A DNA stretch of 64,000 bases from Paraspadella gotoi. Taxonomy: Eukaryota > Animalia > Chaetognatha. Made by a program: the position numbers and the translations under genes. The notes under the pieces are model-generated. The model was not told where the DNA came from, searched no databases, and worked only from the letters and a program-made list of their open reading frames with translations. Each line of letters starts with the position of its first letter. The first letter of the stretch is position 1. Positions 47,001 through 59,448 of this stretch are shown here, one piece after another. The stretch spans positions 18,710,087 through 18,774,086 of the forward strand of contig CM119266.1 of assembly GCA_051294375.1 (NCBI GenBank). Reading direction: 5' to 3'.

Positions 47001-50000
47001 TGTATTGAAAAAAAAGCGCGGAATAAATGGAATAGAAATTTTTAGAAGGAAAAAAATAATCGAATTTTCAAAACAAACGATCACGCAAGAGGACAGATAG
47101 GGACGACACACACAGAGAGACAGAGAGAGAGAGAGAAAAGAGAGAGAGAGAAGAGACAGCCGCTGCAGAGAAAAAGAGAAAGAGAAAGAGCGATATATAT
47201 AATAATTAAGAGAGAGAAGAACTGCTACAGCCCTTACTCGTTAAAGATCAGCAGTACTATATGGCGCCGCAATGTAGCGTGAGCTAATTGTTTGTTTTGA
47301 ATAAAAATGTAAAAACAACATAATTAAAACTGTCCTGACGTCAATTTTTAAGGACATCGATGATGACAAGCTGAATATGAAGATTATAATTAATCTATTA
47401 ATTAATTAATATATTATTAATTAATCTTATTAATAATTAATCTATTAATTATTAATTAATTAATCTATTAATTAATTAATTAATCTATTAATTAATTATC
47501 ATTAATCTATTAATTAATTAATTAATATCTATTAATTAATTAATACTATCGTAGGCAGATCCGACATTGTTTGCTCAAGACTTGTTTCTTTTCTCTGTCT
47601 CTCTTTCTCTCACACTCTCTCTAATCTCTCTAATCTCAGAAAACTTTCAAAGCTTGGCCTCCCTAACTGACTATTTGTTGGGCCTGCCTACCTGATTAAA
47701 ACTGAAAAGCTTGCTTCCCTAACTGACTGTTTGCTGGCCTTCCTACTTGATTAAAACTGAAAGCGTGCCTCCCTAAACTGACTGTTTGCTGGCCTGCCTA
47801 CCTGATTAAAATGAAAAAGCTTGCCTTCCTAACTGACTGTTTGCTGGCCTGCCTCCCTGATTAAAACTGAAAAGCTTGCTTCCCTAACTGACTGTTTGCT
47901 GGCCTTCCTAACCTGATTAAAACTGAAAAAGCTTGCCTCCCTAACTGACTGTTTATCTGCCTGCCTACCTGATTAAAACTGAAAAGCTTGCTTCCCTAAC
48001 TGACTGTTTGCTGGCCTTCCTACCTGATTATAACTGAAAAGCTTGCCTCCCTAACTGACTGTTTGCTGGCCTGCCTACCTGATTAAAACTGAAAAGCTTG
48101 CCTTCCTAACTGACTGTTTGCTGGCCTGCCTACCTTGATTTAAAACTGAAAAGCTTGCTTCCCTAATTGACTCTTTGCTGGCCTTCCCTATCTTGATTAA
48201 AACTGAAAAGCTTGCCCTCCCTAACTGACTGTTTGCGCTGGCCTGTCTACCTGATTAAAACTGAAAAAGCTTGCCTTCCTAACTGACTGTTTGTTGGCCT
48301 GCCTACCTGATTAAAACTGAAAAGCTTGCTTCCCTAACTGATTGTTTGCTGGCCTTCCTACCTGATTAAAACTGAAACAGCTTTTCTCAACTGACTGTTT
48401 GCTGGCCTTTCCTACCTGATTAAAACTGAAAAGCTTGCCTCCTAACTGACTGTTTGCTGGCCTGCTACCTTGATTAAAACTGAAAAGCTTGCCTTCCTAA
48501 CTGACTGTTTGCTGGCCTGCCTACCTGATTGGAAACTGAAAGCTTGCCTTCCTAACTGCAGCTTTGCTGGCCTGCCTACCTGATTAAAACTGAAAAGCTT
48601 GCCTCCCTAACTGACTGTTTGCTGGCCTTCCTACCTGATTAAAACTGAAAAAGCTTGTCTCCCCTAACTGACTGTTTGCTGGCTCTGCCTACCTGAATTA
48701 AAACTGAAAAGCAAAATTAAATCACCGTCAGTCTCAGTAAAAAAAATAATAATCCATTAAACTAAAAAAAAAAACCGGTATTATCTATATCTCCACTCTG
48801 AACTTTATTTCAAGTTTTTTATTCTCCCGCGCCTTAAATGCATTTGCGCATTTAAGTTTCAAACTAAAAATTTGTACTAATAATTCTTCTGTTTTACTTG
48901 TTAAATTTAGTTTTGTTAAACCAGGTATTATGTTATAGTAATTGACATCATCAATCCGATATGTGTTGAATGAAAATATGATATCTCCATGATGCATTGA
49001 TTTATATGATGCTTGTAGTCGGGCATTGCTAAGTGCTCACCCCACCCTATAAGCCATGAACTCTTTCAGGCTCATGACACAGAACTAGGTACCGAGGTTT
49101 CGAAATCTCAACCGGTACTCGGTCACCGCGGGGAGAGGTGCGGACGGCCATGAACCCGCCTTGGGGGCGGTGGCGGAGTACGCCTTCAAGCCTGGTTCAA
49201 GCCCCAGGACCCGTTCCATGTCTGCTAGAGGGGTTTAGTAGAAGTTATGGATAGTTCATGCTCTGCCCACTGTTAGGCGCCGTATCCAGCATATGGCTTC
49301 TTGATATGAAACTACCGCTTGTCTTTTTTGCCAACATATCACGCAATTGAATTCCTCAAGAAAAATATGTTACTATTGTAGCGATGCGTCTAGATGAGCC
49401 AAGCTACATGTTGGATGTTCGGTCAAAGTGCGAGAATCCGGATGAAAAATTCAACCTTTGAAGGAACACGTCGTGGAAAGACTCAGGAGCAATTCTCGAA
49501 GGCTGAGTGCACTGGGTAAGACCATCAGAAATATTTAAGCCACGAAGGAAGTAGTTAGAGACTTTTAGATTTCGGTCCAGGTTTTCATTTTTAAGAATGG
49601 AAAGCAAAAAAGTTGGACTAATTAAACGATATCAATATTGTGGTTATTTAAGATAAACTGGTTTAAAAAATAAGTAAGTTTATTTGATTTTTGTAATGCA
49701 ATAATGAGGTAGAATCTAAAAAACATATTAGGACAGCTAAGAGATAAGAGCACAATAAACGGCAACTCATTTATAATTAAGAAAGATTTTTTCAGACCAA
49801 ATTGAGACCTTCGGGCTGCGCAAGCGATCCGTTCACGCTGAGACGGCGTCGGTATGGATGGGGGTAACCTCTCAACAACAATAATTCGGACCCAACTCTC
49901 GATGGAGATGAAAAAAAAAAAGAGATTCGGGAATTAGAGGGGATAAGCCACTTAACAATCACTTTTTAAAGAATTTGTATTCCAAATCGTAAGGTTTAAA

Positions 50001-51308
50001 TTTAAAATGATTGATTGTGGTTTCATTACTAAAAAACAATAAACCTCAGATGTTGTTCTTCTATTCATTGTTTTTTATTTTTTTTGAGCTTTCATTGTGA
50101 TTTATTGTAATTTTATAGATCGAATGCACTAAAATTCCATGCATAAGGCCAGAACAGGGTAAAAACTAAGAATTCTGTAATTATAAATAACGTTTAGAGC
50201 ATCCCTTATGGGATAACGAAATAGGCCTTTTTAATCATCCACATATAAGTCTCCTTATAGACATTATAGTGTCACGGTGAAGCTATGCGATATATAAACT
50301 CTCTGACCTTACGCTAATTTTCTTCTTACGCTGCTGCCTCTCCTATTATTTTTTTTTGTTAAGTACAGCTAAAAACATGAAAAATAATATATAGGTATAA
50401 GAGAAAGTCTATGATAGGTTGTTTGTAGACATAGAACGGCAATAAGGTCCGATTTTTAGTTTATTTGTTCCTTAAATGCCCCCAGGGCTATAAAAATTCT
50501 TCTCTAGAAGTAGGGTCTAAGGGTAAACGGATCTAGAGAAGATTTAAGGCGTTCGTTATTATAATCGATTAAGAGTCCTGGAAACAAATAAATTACTTGC
50601 CGTGCTTGACTGAGGTGACCTCAGCTGTGAGAAATGAATGTAAAGCTACTCCGGTACCTAGGAATTCTTGGGTGGACTACGACAGAAGACGGACAATAAT
50701 TTGAATGACCTATAGGAAGCTAGTTGTCTTGGTGTAGAGCTGACGACAAAAAAAGATGCCTCTCAAGCAGATGATGAGACAGTGCAAAAGATAATCTGAG
50801 GAGACCATTATCTCGTTATTGTTGAGTTCCTCGCACAGTACATTCTCTTTCAGAGAGGATCAGGCTGTAACACTGACCGTGTTCACAGGCGGTATTAAGA
50901 GAGCAGCCCCGTCCCTCTTAATACTGCTGNNNNNNNNNNNNNNNNNNNNNNNNNNNNNNNNNNNNNNNNNNNNNNNNNNNNNNNNNNNNNNNNNNNNNNN
51001 NNNNNNNNNNNNNNNNNNNNNNNNNNNNNTAAAGTTAAACTTAGGAATTTTACTACGCCTTACTGTCCAGGCTTCCTTCACCTGTAGCAAGAGAAATATC
51101 CACCGACGGCATTGGATACAAAGATGAGGCAAGCGGATAAGTTGACCGAGACAACGACGAGGCGCTCGGTTGTGCCAAGAGTCTTGCTCCCAACCTCGTC
51201 GAAATAAACGACAAGGACGACGAAGAAGACGACGGCGGAGGCGAGAAAAAGACTGTTGGTCAGCACGAAGGTGATCACCAGGAACGGGCATCGTCCCCTA
51301 CACCCCAT
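41047..51308 (-). CDS. Spliced gene: ~219-aa four-transmembrane protein (tetraspanin-like topology)
   Basis: Exons 51082-51308, 43273-43465, 41833-41951 and 41047-41167 are all phase-compatible. Four hydrophobic segments; GGYFSCYR|KNLRGIVVY resembles a tetraspanin TM2-TM3 loop. Confidence 0.75.
42333..42510 (+). mobile_element. 3'-truncated LTR, family D (tRNA-like cassette plus partial twister)
   Basis: TGTGGCGAA/TTCGCC 5' hairpin; B-box GGTTCAATCCC (42423-42433); GUGU-GA ... UAA-ACAC-GC-CAGUGA/UCACUG, cut off in L4. Confidence 0.65.
42818..43087. mobile_element. Probable solo LTR with extensive internal base pairing
   Basis: GC-rich 270-bp island ending TCGTCTTCTACA (same end as family A); near-TSD CTAG/CTAT; nested inverted repeats. 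Confidence 0.45.
45363..47587 (+). mobile_element. Helentron-associated (HINE/DINE-1-like) non-autonomous element
   Basis: 5' hairpin AGTCGG(A)TCTGCT...GATCTCGACT; degenerate (GTCC)n; 3' subTIR GCAGATCCGAC followed by a short stem-loop; T-rich flanks. Relatives at 15690-16825 (+) and about 25700-28122 (-). Confidence 0.65.
47648..48712 (+). repeat. ~55-bp minisatellite, about 19 copies
   Basis: Unit AAAAGCTTGCCTCCCTAACTGACTGTTTGCTGGCCTGCCTACCTGATTAAAACTG. Confidence 0.95.
49014..49293 (+). mobile_element. Probable solo LTR, family E, highly structured, with a degenerate twister-like core
   Basis: TGTAG...CATA ends; imperfect TSD TGCT/TG(G)CT; P3-like UUGGGGGCG/CGCCUUCAA followed by CCUGG-UUCAAGCC-CCAGG. 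Confidence 0.45.
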
Positions 51309-54300
51309 CGAAGATCCTCGTCGGCATCACTAAGGAGTAGTCGATTAATTAAAAACAAAAGAAATTGATATTATATTTATAGAAATATTACAAAATAAAA
51401 TTTAATTATTATCGTTAATATTTGGTAAAATAACTTTCAATTTCAATAGCAAGGGTAGAATTGCCTTAGAGACGTCGGGGGCGGGAATCAGTGCTTGTCG
51501 CAAAGGTTTTTTTTTGTCTCATGCCACTGGAGCAGTAAAACCAACATCATCAAGCTTAGCACTAACTCATTTATAACTAATGGTTGAGATGGTAAGTTAG
51601 CTCGCTCTATTACAAGAACAAATACTTACCCCTAGAGATTCTCTCCACTTAAAAGATATTATCTATCTCTTATTCGGAGCCGCAACTGGTTTTCGTCAAG
51701 TTTTGCAGGAATATTGATTCCCATCTAAGAAAAAATTAATTAGCTCTAGTCAGCAGCGACACAATAGTTGAATCTTTTAAAACTCGAATCTAGAACTACT
51801 GTCGAACATGAACGGCTAAATCGTTGCAAATTTAGGGAGCCCAAATGACAAACCTTTCGAGGAAACAAAACTTTTGTGAGATCATGATGAAGATGATTGA
51901 GGCAACGATCGAGACGGAGTTCAGAGCAAGAATGAATAAAACAGAGACAAGACAGAGTTAAAACAGTGAGAAATCAATGGCTGCGCCAATACATGTAAAT
52001 CACTTTCAAGGGCTTAAACTGAACTGTTACTGCGGCACTAATAACATTTTAGTATCTAGAAAAATATTTTATAAATCAAAACAATATTATTTTTGTTTTG
52101 ATATATGATTAAAATTCTTTGTTAAAGACATAGAATAAGAAAGAGAATAAAATAAAAATATAAAAAAAGATTTAAGAGCAGGTGCAAGTGAAGATTTAGT
52201 GGGTGCAGATAAAGTTTATTTTAAATGTTCCTTTGTCTTACACTTATATCTACAGTCGGACCTACAGCCCTTCTCCCTGTCCACGTCACGAGCCGCAAAA
52301 TTGTTCCAGAAATGTAAAAATTTTTTTGTAATTGTAATTTCTATGATTACGGGATCGCCCATCAGATGAACTGGTAATAAACACTTGGAATCCGAATACG
52401 GTTATATTAAGGCCGATCTTTTTGTATTTATTGTTTCTAATCGAAATAAAGACAGAAAAGACTACTTACTCACCATATAATGTCAGAATTATTACTCATA
52501 AATTAACATAATTTAAAATCAAGATACACCATGAAATAAACTATTAACTGGGAATTCTTGCGATGTGTTTATTTAGTAATTTTAATATTAGGTGTTTTTA
52601 TTTTTATCAAATTATCATGCATACAAACATTTACATTCACAGTACAATGACAACATAAAAAAAAAACCACACAACTACATTAAGTAATCCGTACATTGCT
52701 TTTAATTATGTAGAATAATTCTTTGTGTGGACAAAATTATCGAAAAATTTCGATTGTTAGAGATTATTTTGGATTTTTCTAGAAATCAGTTTTTTACGTT
52801 TCCTGAAATTGTTTTGTGTATTCTACGAATTTCGCGCCAGCTTCTTCCTCGAATTCATAGGCGGAATCGGTGCCGGAACCCCGCCGAGAAAAAATCTGGC
52901 CTAAAACAAAGAAAAAAGCGATAAATCAGGAACGTTTCCGCATTTTCAGACTCAAACCCAAAAACGACTTCCCCCGATTCCTCTCTCGTCAGAAGTTGCC
53001 CCTTTCCTGCACCCAACTGGTTCGTTTAACTTAAACGATTCTTTTACGAAAACGATCACCGTCCAAGTCACTTCCTTGAAAAGTTAATATAAATATGTAC
53101 TAGCTTTACCAACGAAGTCGTCATCTCTTTTAAAACATACACACCGGTGCAAAAAAAAGTTTAATCAAACAATGCCAGAGATGCTCACAATCATTTAGCG
53201 GTAAGTAGCTAAGACGAAACCCCAGTTATGATTAATCTGTTAATCTCTGTTATGATTAATCTTTCAATCTCTGTTTTTATTTAATACAATTAAGTATCAA
53301 TACGTTCAACCTTAATTGCCTCCATATTCTTTCTTTTCAGTATTACGTTGTTGCCTTGATATATAATTTTTAATTTGTTAAAATATTGTCCTTGTGTTTG
53401 TTGACATCATTTTAAAATAAAAAGGCATTATCATTGCCATCATTCCTTATAGTTTCTTTCTTTCTTTTTATTATCTTTATTTAATTCTGTTTTCGTTCTC
53501 TCTTTCTATTTTTAAACTTTTTTCTTTTTTCTCATTTCATTCATCCATTTTTTTTTATAGAATTTGTCTTTTTTTATTATATTTGTTTTTTTTTAATTTT
53601 TTTTCTTGATTTAACCGTCCCAATGTTTCGATATGCTTCCTTAATAAAAATATGTAAAGAAAAATATAAATTGTTAATGATAAAAAGTGATAAATTCTGG
53701 TCCCGTTAAGTACATATATCTCTTTAATCCTGCCCCTGACCGGCCTCACCCGTCTCTTTATTCTAGTAGACCTGATCCCGAATTGGGCAACCATTCTTTT
53801 TTTTTTGCCTCCCCGTTGATCTGACCTGACCCTCATTTCCAAACAGATAAATCTTTTCAACTGGAAGTCATCCACACCTTTCAAGATGCTTTTTCTTTTT
53901 TCTTTTTCTTTTTTTTTTTTAGCGATAAACACGGGAGAGAGGAAAAGGAGAGAGATCTAAAAAACGTAGAGAGAGTTTTATACAATTATGTGTTTTCAAA
54001 GCATTCGTATGTATGAAAATTTTAACCTTGTCGGTCGGTCTGTACGCTCAAATTGGTTTGTCTCGAAATTTTGTAGAATATGAATAATTTATGAATATTG
54101 ATTTCTGTAGTATTATGCAATAACGAGAACCGGCAAGATTAAGGTATTGTGCCGCTGAGATTTTCTTTCGTGGACGCATGAATGATGATCATGTGAATAC
54201 ACTAGTATGAAACATTTTACAATAAGCATCTTATGGTTGCTAAAATATTTAAAATGACCAATTAAAGGTTTTATAGAACCATACCTGTAGATAACGACTA

Positions 54301-55462
54301 CAGGCTGCCGAATTTAGTAATAAATAATAACGATTAGGATCAGATAAATCCGTCAGAAATTATAATCAAAATAAAAACCGAGAGAATAAAGGTACTACCT
54401 TTCTGGTAACAGGGTCAAGATCTAATTAAATTGATGCCGGCTTTCTTAATCACCATGTTCACTTCAAACCTTCCAAACCATCTCCAATAATAATAATATT
54501 AAGAAATATTACTAGGATATTAGTAATGAGACAACAAAAGCTATATACGTACGCATATATATATATAAGTGAAACGGACAGAGAGACCGATCGAAAAGTG
54601 ACTAATAGAGTTGCTCCGCGAGTACTCGCGGCGCAACTAAAAAATCATGTTTTGCAACCAAAAACTTCCGCGCGAATGAATTTTAAAAAAAAGGAAGATT
54701 TTTTCAAGAGTAGAAAAGAGGATGAGATTGAGGGACGGCGGAAGGAGGGCAAGAGAGAGAGAGAGAGAGAGAGAGTAATTCAAATAAGAGACGTGTGATT
54801 TGGGCTCGCGTGACCCATTTTTTGAGTTTCAAGAGAAATTTAAAAAAAAATTTTGACAAAAAAGGGGGATCAATGAGTAGGGGTACCCAATCTAACTTGG
54901 GCGGGCCAAAACTTTTATGCAAGTACCCTCTGATTAATTAAATGTACATAAAATTTCTAACATTACGTTACCTTCAGTCGTTAGCTTAGCGCCCTATCCA
55001 CCCTGGTGAGCCCATTCTGTCGAGCGTATTCCAGTCTTCTCCCTTCACTGGAAGCAGCGCAGAGTGGGTTACAATCTGGAGGGCATGTAATCGGGCATTG
55101 CAATAAGTTCAACCTGCTTATAGGTGAAGTGCATATTTATGCATATGTACTTTATTATATTTGATTATTTATTGATTTTTAGTATCGCCAGCCGACCTAA
55201 TTCAAATGCTGATGCAGTGATAGTAACTAATGAAAATTGCATAATTACTTGCTTTAATTTCATCACATGCACTAGTAGAATGCTTAATTAAATAGTTATT
55301 TTCACTATGCACTGATACTCCATAGTGAAAATAAGTATTTAATTATGCATAATTACTTGTTTTACTATTCTCTAATAATAATACAGCTTGTATTACTATT
55401 ATAAAACAGTATTTAAAGGAAAATTTTGTTTAATGTTTCAGTAACGATTTATTTTGTATTAA

Positions 55463-55495
55463 AACGTTTCGGCTTTAATGCAAGCCTTCATCGGC
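55463..55495 (-). ncRNA. Hammerhead motif with a CUGA>CCGA mutation (duplicated at 56429-56463)
   Basis: CCGAUGA-AGGCUU-GCAUUA-AAGCC-GAAACGUUU in a pseudo-LTR-like context. Confidence 0.6.
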
Positions 55496-56467
55496 GTTAA
55501 AACAGTTGTGAATTTTGAAAAGTATTTCTGTGCAAAAGTAAAGGAGAGAGAGAGAGGTTTTTTAAAAATTTTATTGTATTTTACATATTCTAAGCTCATT
55601 TTACAAGGGGTGCTCTAAAAATGTTTTTTTCAAACTCAACCTTCTTGTCTGTGAAAGAAAAATCGTAATTTTTCATTATCTTCAACTGCAAAAAAAAAAG
55701 CTTGACACCCTGCTTGTTTATCATAATAAAATTTTAAAAAATTAGATAGCTTGCGACATATTTTACAAAGCAAGACATCATTGTGTTTGAGTTTCAAGAG
55801 AAATTTAAAAAAAAATTTTGACAAAAAAGGGGGATCAATGAGTAGGGGTACCCAATCTAACTTGGGCGGGCCAAAACTTTTATGCAAGTACCCTGCTGAT
55901 TAATTAAATTGTACATAAAATTTCTAACATTACGTTACCTTCAGTCCGTTAGCTTAGCGCCCTATCCACCCTGGTGAGCCCATTCTGTCGAGCGTATTCC
56001 AGTCTTCTCCCTTCACTGGAAGCAGCGCAGAGTGGGTTACAATCTGGAGGGCATGTAATCGGGCATTGCAATAAGTTCAACCTGCTTATAGGTGAAGTGC
56101 ATATTTATGCATATGTACTTATTATATTTGATTATTTATTGATTTTTAGTATCGCCAGCCGACCTAATTCAAATGCTGATGCAGTGATAGTAACTATGAA
56201 AATTGCATAATTACTTGCTTTAATTTCATCACATGCACTAGTAGAATGCTTAATTAAATAGTTATTTTCACTATGCACTGATACTCCATAGTGAAAATAA
56301 GTATTTAATTATGCATAATTACTTGTTTTACTATTCTCTAATAATAATACAGCTTGTATTACTATTATAAAACAGTATTTAAAAGGAAAATTTTGTTTAA
56401 TGTTTCAGTAACGATTTATTTTGTATTAAAACGTTTCGGCTTTAATGCAAGCCTTCATCGGCGTTAA

Positions 56468-57348
56468 GGGGACCCAGTGATAAAAATGATATCATAAGCT
56501 TAAGGGTCTATCATCAAAGGAATTTGAATGGTGATAGTCATTAATTTTTCTTTTGGCACGGGAAAGTGGTAAAAAAATTCCTATCTCTTATTGTAGTGGA
56601 AACAAAAATTTAATAATTATGAAAAAAACATTTAGTTGACCCTACCTAAATATTTATATAATCCATTATTTTATTTTTGCATTAGAAAGCATTTTTTACT
56701 AAATTCCAATTTTTTATTTTTTACTGTACAAAGCTACAATTTTAGGTTTAAGCCTCATTGAACAAAGGCTTTACAAGACTAATATTTTTATATTTTTATA
56801 TTTAGTTAAAAGCAGATAAATCAAACCTAAATTCTATTCTTACAGAAACAAAACTGTAATAATTATTAATTAATATTCATATATCATCCCTTAAATGTAT
56901 TATTAAACTATATTTATTCCTAATTATAATAATAAAAAATTTAGCAAAAGTAAAGAATCTTTCTCTTCTTTTTATATTTATATTACTTCAAAGAGTTTTA
57001 TTTTCATCCAATTAACAGAATCATTTGAAAAAGAAAGTTAAATAAAATCAGTCGATACCTTAAATTTTGATTCATTCCTAGTTTTTTTTCTTATAAATCT
57101 TTATGATAAAAGCTGAAAATCTTTTTAAAATTAGATCTACTCTTTTTTGGAAAAAAAATTTTTAAACTTGAAAAAGATTTTCTTCTTACCGATTTTTTAA
57201 AGAAAATTAAGCTGGCTGATTTTATCGAATTTTTTAACTACTTTCCAAATATTATAAAAGAAAAAATTATATAGTCAGAACCAGCTTAAGTTAAAGGGTC
57301 AAACGTTATGTTTTTTCAGCTTTTTACCCCCCTGTTTCACTTGGTCCC
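56468..57348. mobile_element. Non-autonomous DNA transposon with TTAA TSD (Kolobok-like)
   Basis: TTAA|GGGGACCCAGTGA...TCACTTGGTCCC|TTAA; the empty site GCGTTAAAACAG is present in the adjacent duplicate; purine-starting termini argue against piggyBac. Confidence 0.8.
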
Positions 57349-58232
57349 TTAAAACAGTTGTGAATTTTGGAAAAGTATTTCTGTGCAAAAGTAAAGGAGA
57401 GAGAGAGAGGTTTTTTAAAAATTTTATTGTATTTTACATATTCTAAGCTCATTTTACAAGGGGTGCTCTAAAAATGTTTTTTTCAAACTCAACCTTCTTG
57501 TCTGTGAAAGAAAAATCGTAAATTTTTCATTATCTTCACTGCAAAAAAAAAGCTTGACACCCTGCTTGTTTATCATAATAAAATTTTAAAAAATTAGATA
57601 GCTTGCGACATATTTTACAAAGCAAGACATCATTGTGTTAAATTGTATTGATAATTTTCTTTTAAATATAACAACCTTTATACAAGGAATTTAATTTTAT
57701 TATTTATCATCCATTTAATTAAGAAAAAGAATTTCGCGGAATAGCCATTGGAAAGGGTTCATTGACTGACTTAATGATCGAATTTTTTAGGTTTCTTTAC
57801 TGCCCCCATTTCACGAGACATAAAAGGTCATGATAATCATGTCAGTAGGTCCAGATTATATGTACGTTTTCTGCAACCTGCATTCTGAATTTTCTTTTTT
57901 ACCCTTTCAAATAAATGTNNNNNNNNNNNNNNNNNNNNNNNNNATTAAATAAAAAAAATTATTTGAGAGAATGATCGGCGTGGAGGATGCCATTGGTAAG
58001 CCTTAGTAACCCCACTTCCCGATCGAATTTTTAAACCAGGTTTTTTTTTAATCTATTCGAGACATAACACTAGATATTGATTCTATTAATTTTTTATTTC
58101 TTACATGATATTTTACGTAATCAGAGAAACGTTTAGCGTGTCAAAAAATAGGGAAAAAAAGAGTAAAACGTTCTGACGAATTTAGAAATTTATGGAGGAA
58201 TCTACTTATACCCCTTTTCCCCAGTTCTACTA

Positions 58233-58296
58233 CTAGGGTAACCGCGCCAGTTACAGGTGGCGTCACTGAAGGTCGGAAGCCACCAAAGCCAACAGT
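58233..58296 (+). mobile_element. Fragment of a family C LTR (3' half of the twister)
   Basis: CTAGGGTAACCGCGCCAG...GGTCGGAAGCCACCAAAGCCAACAG matches 10214-10276. Confidence 0.8.
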
Positions 58297-59171
58297 TAGG
58301 GCTGAAAGGGCATAATTTTTTTTACATATACATAGATGCTCCCTCTATTTCTAGAAGACAACACTAACATCCCTCTCCCCATAACATTATAAAAGAATAT
58401 ACTCTATATAAAGAATATAATTAAATCTAATATATAGTGAAATTATTAAATTCTTACATTTATTTTAAAATTTTAATATAAAATTTTAAAGTCTAATTTA
58501 GTAAAACAAGTAATCTTGTAATATTTCATGCATATACAAAGGCAGTAAAAAGTATTGTTAACCTTTGTTAACCTTTTTATATTTCAACATATTTTACAAT
58601 TTACATAGAAAAAGTCTTTTTGTCCTCCTTTTTGTCCGCTACAACACTCAGGTTGCAAAGGGAATATATATGCACATATATGCACATAGGGTTGAAATAG
58701 GGTTACTCTCCCTCTTCTCTCTCTTTATGACTCTCTCCTGGCCTCCCTTACCCCTCTTCTTAGATTCACGCACGCGCATCTCATATTCCGGCGAATTTGT
58801 GGAAGAAAGCGTGACGGCGTCACGGGCACCGTCGAGGCGAGCCTAAAAAAATGGCGGCGCAATTTAAAGGGATGAAGACGCCCCGCGGGAGACGTGAAGA
58901 TTTTAGGAACGAAGGAAATTTATTGGATAAAAACTCGCACAGAAAATCTATGGAACGGCGTTGCTGTGGTTCATGGTCGCTATGCTGCTATGGTGAGAAA
59001 GTTGAAATGATTATCGATATTAGTATTGAAATATAATTTTTTAAAATTTCATTTAATAGGTTTTATCCATCTTTATTTTTAAAGACTGGAATATTAAAAG
59101 GTCATGATTGCATTACAAATAGCAATGTAAACTTAAAATCAATGGTTACAATTATAAAAAAATAAGGTTAT

Positions 59172-59448
59172 TTTGGCAGTATATTCACACCGCCTCAATT
59201 CCACCATCTTTCAGCTAATACCATTGGCTCAGAGGGCAACGCACTATCCAAGGCGTTGCGTTCCATCCAGCATCCACACTGCGTTCCATTCCACAGTCCT
59301 AACGACTTCCCTCTGCGTTGCAAAGCGAGACCGTCCTAGGGTAACCGCGGCAGTGACTGGAGGCGTCACTGAGGGTCGGAAGCCCCCAAAGCCAACAGTC
59401 AGATGCCCCATCCCAATGGGCATCACAGGCAACCCGGCTGTTGCCATA
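59172..59448 (+). mobile_element. Solo LTR, family C, with twister at 59315-59392
   Basis: TSD TTAT; GA-CCG pairs with L4 (U)CGG (T1 covaries versus families A/B); predicted cleavage 59342/59343. Confidence 0.85.

Larger units (their letters stand above)
54822..57638 (+). repeat. Near-identical ~965-bp tandem duplication (second copy carries the Kolobok-like insertion)
   Basis: 54822-55784 repeats at 55787-56467 plus 57349-57638. Confidence 0.9.

Noticed and set aside
49800-49875. 5S rRNA-like box C (TGGATGGG)
   Set aside because: Only a short motif matches; no 5S helices or box A at the right spacing.
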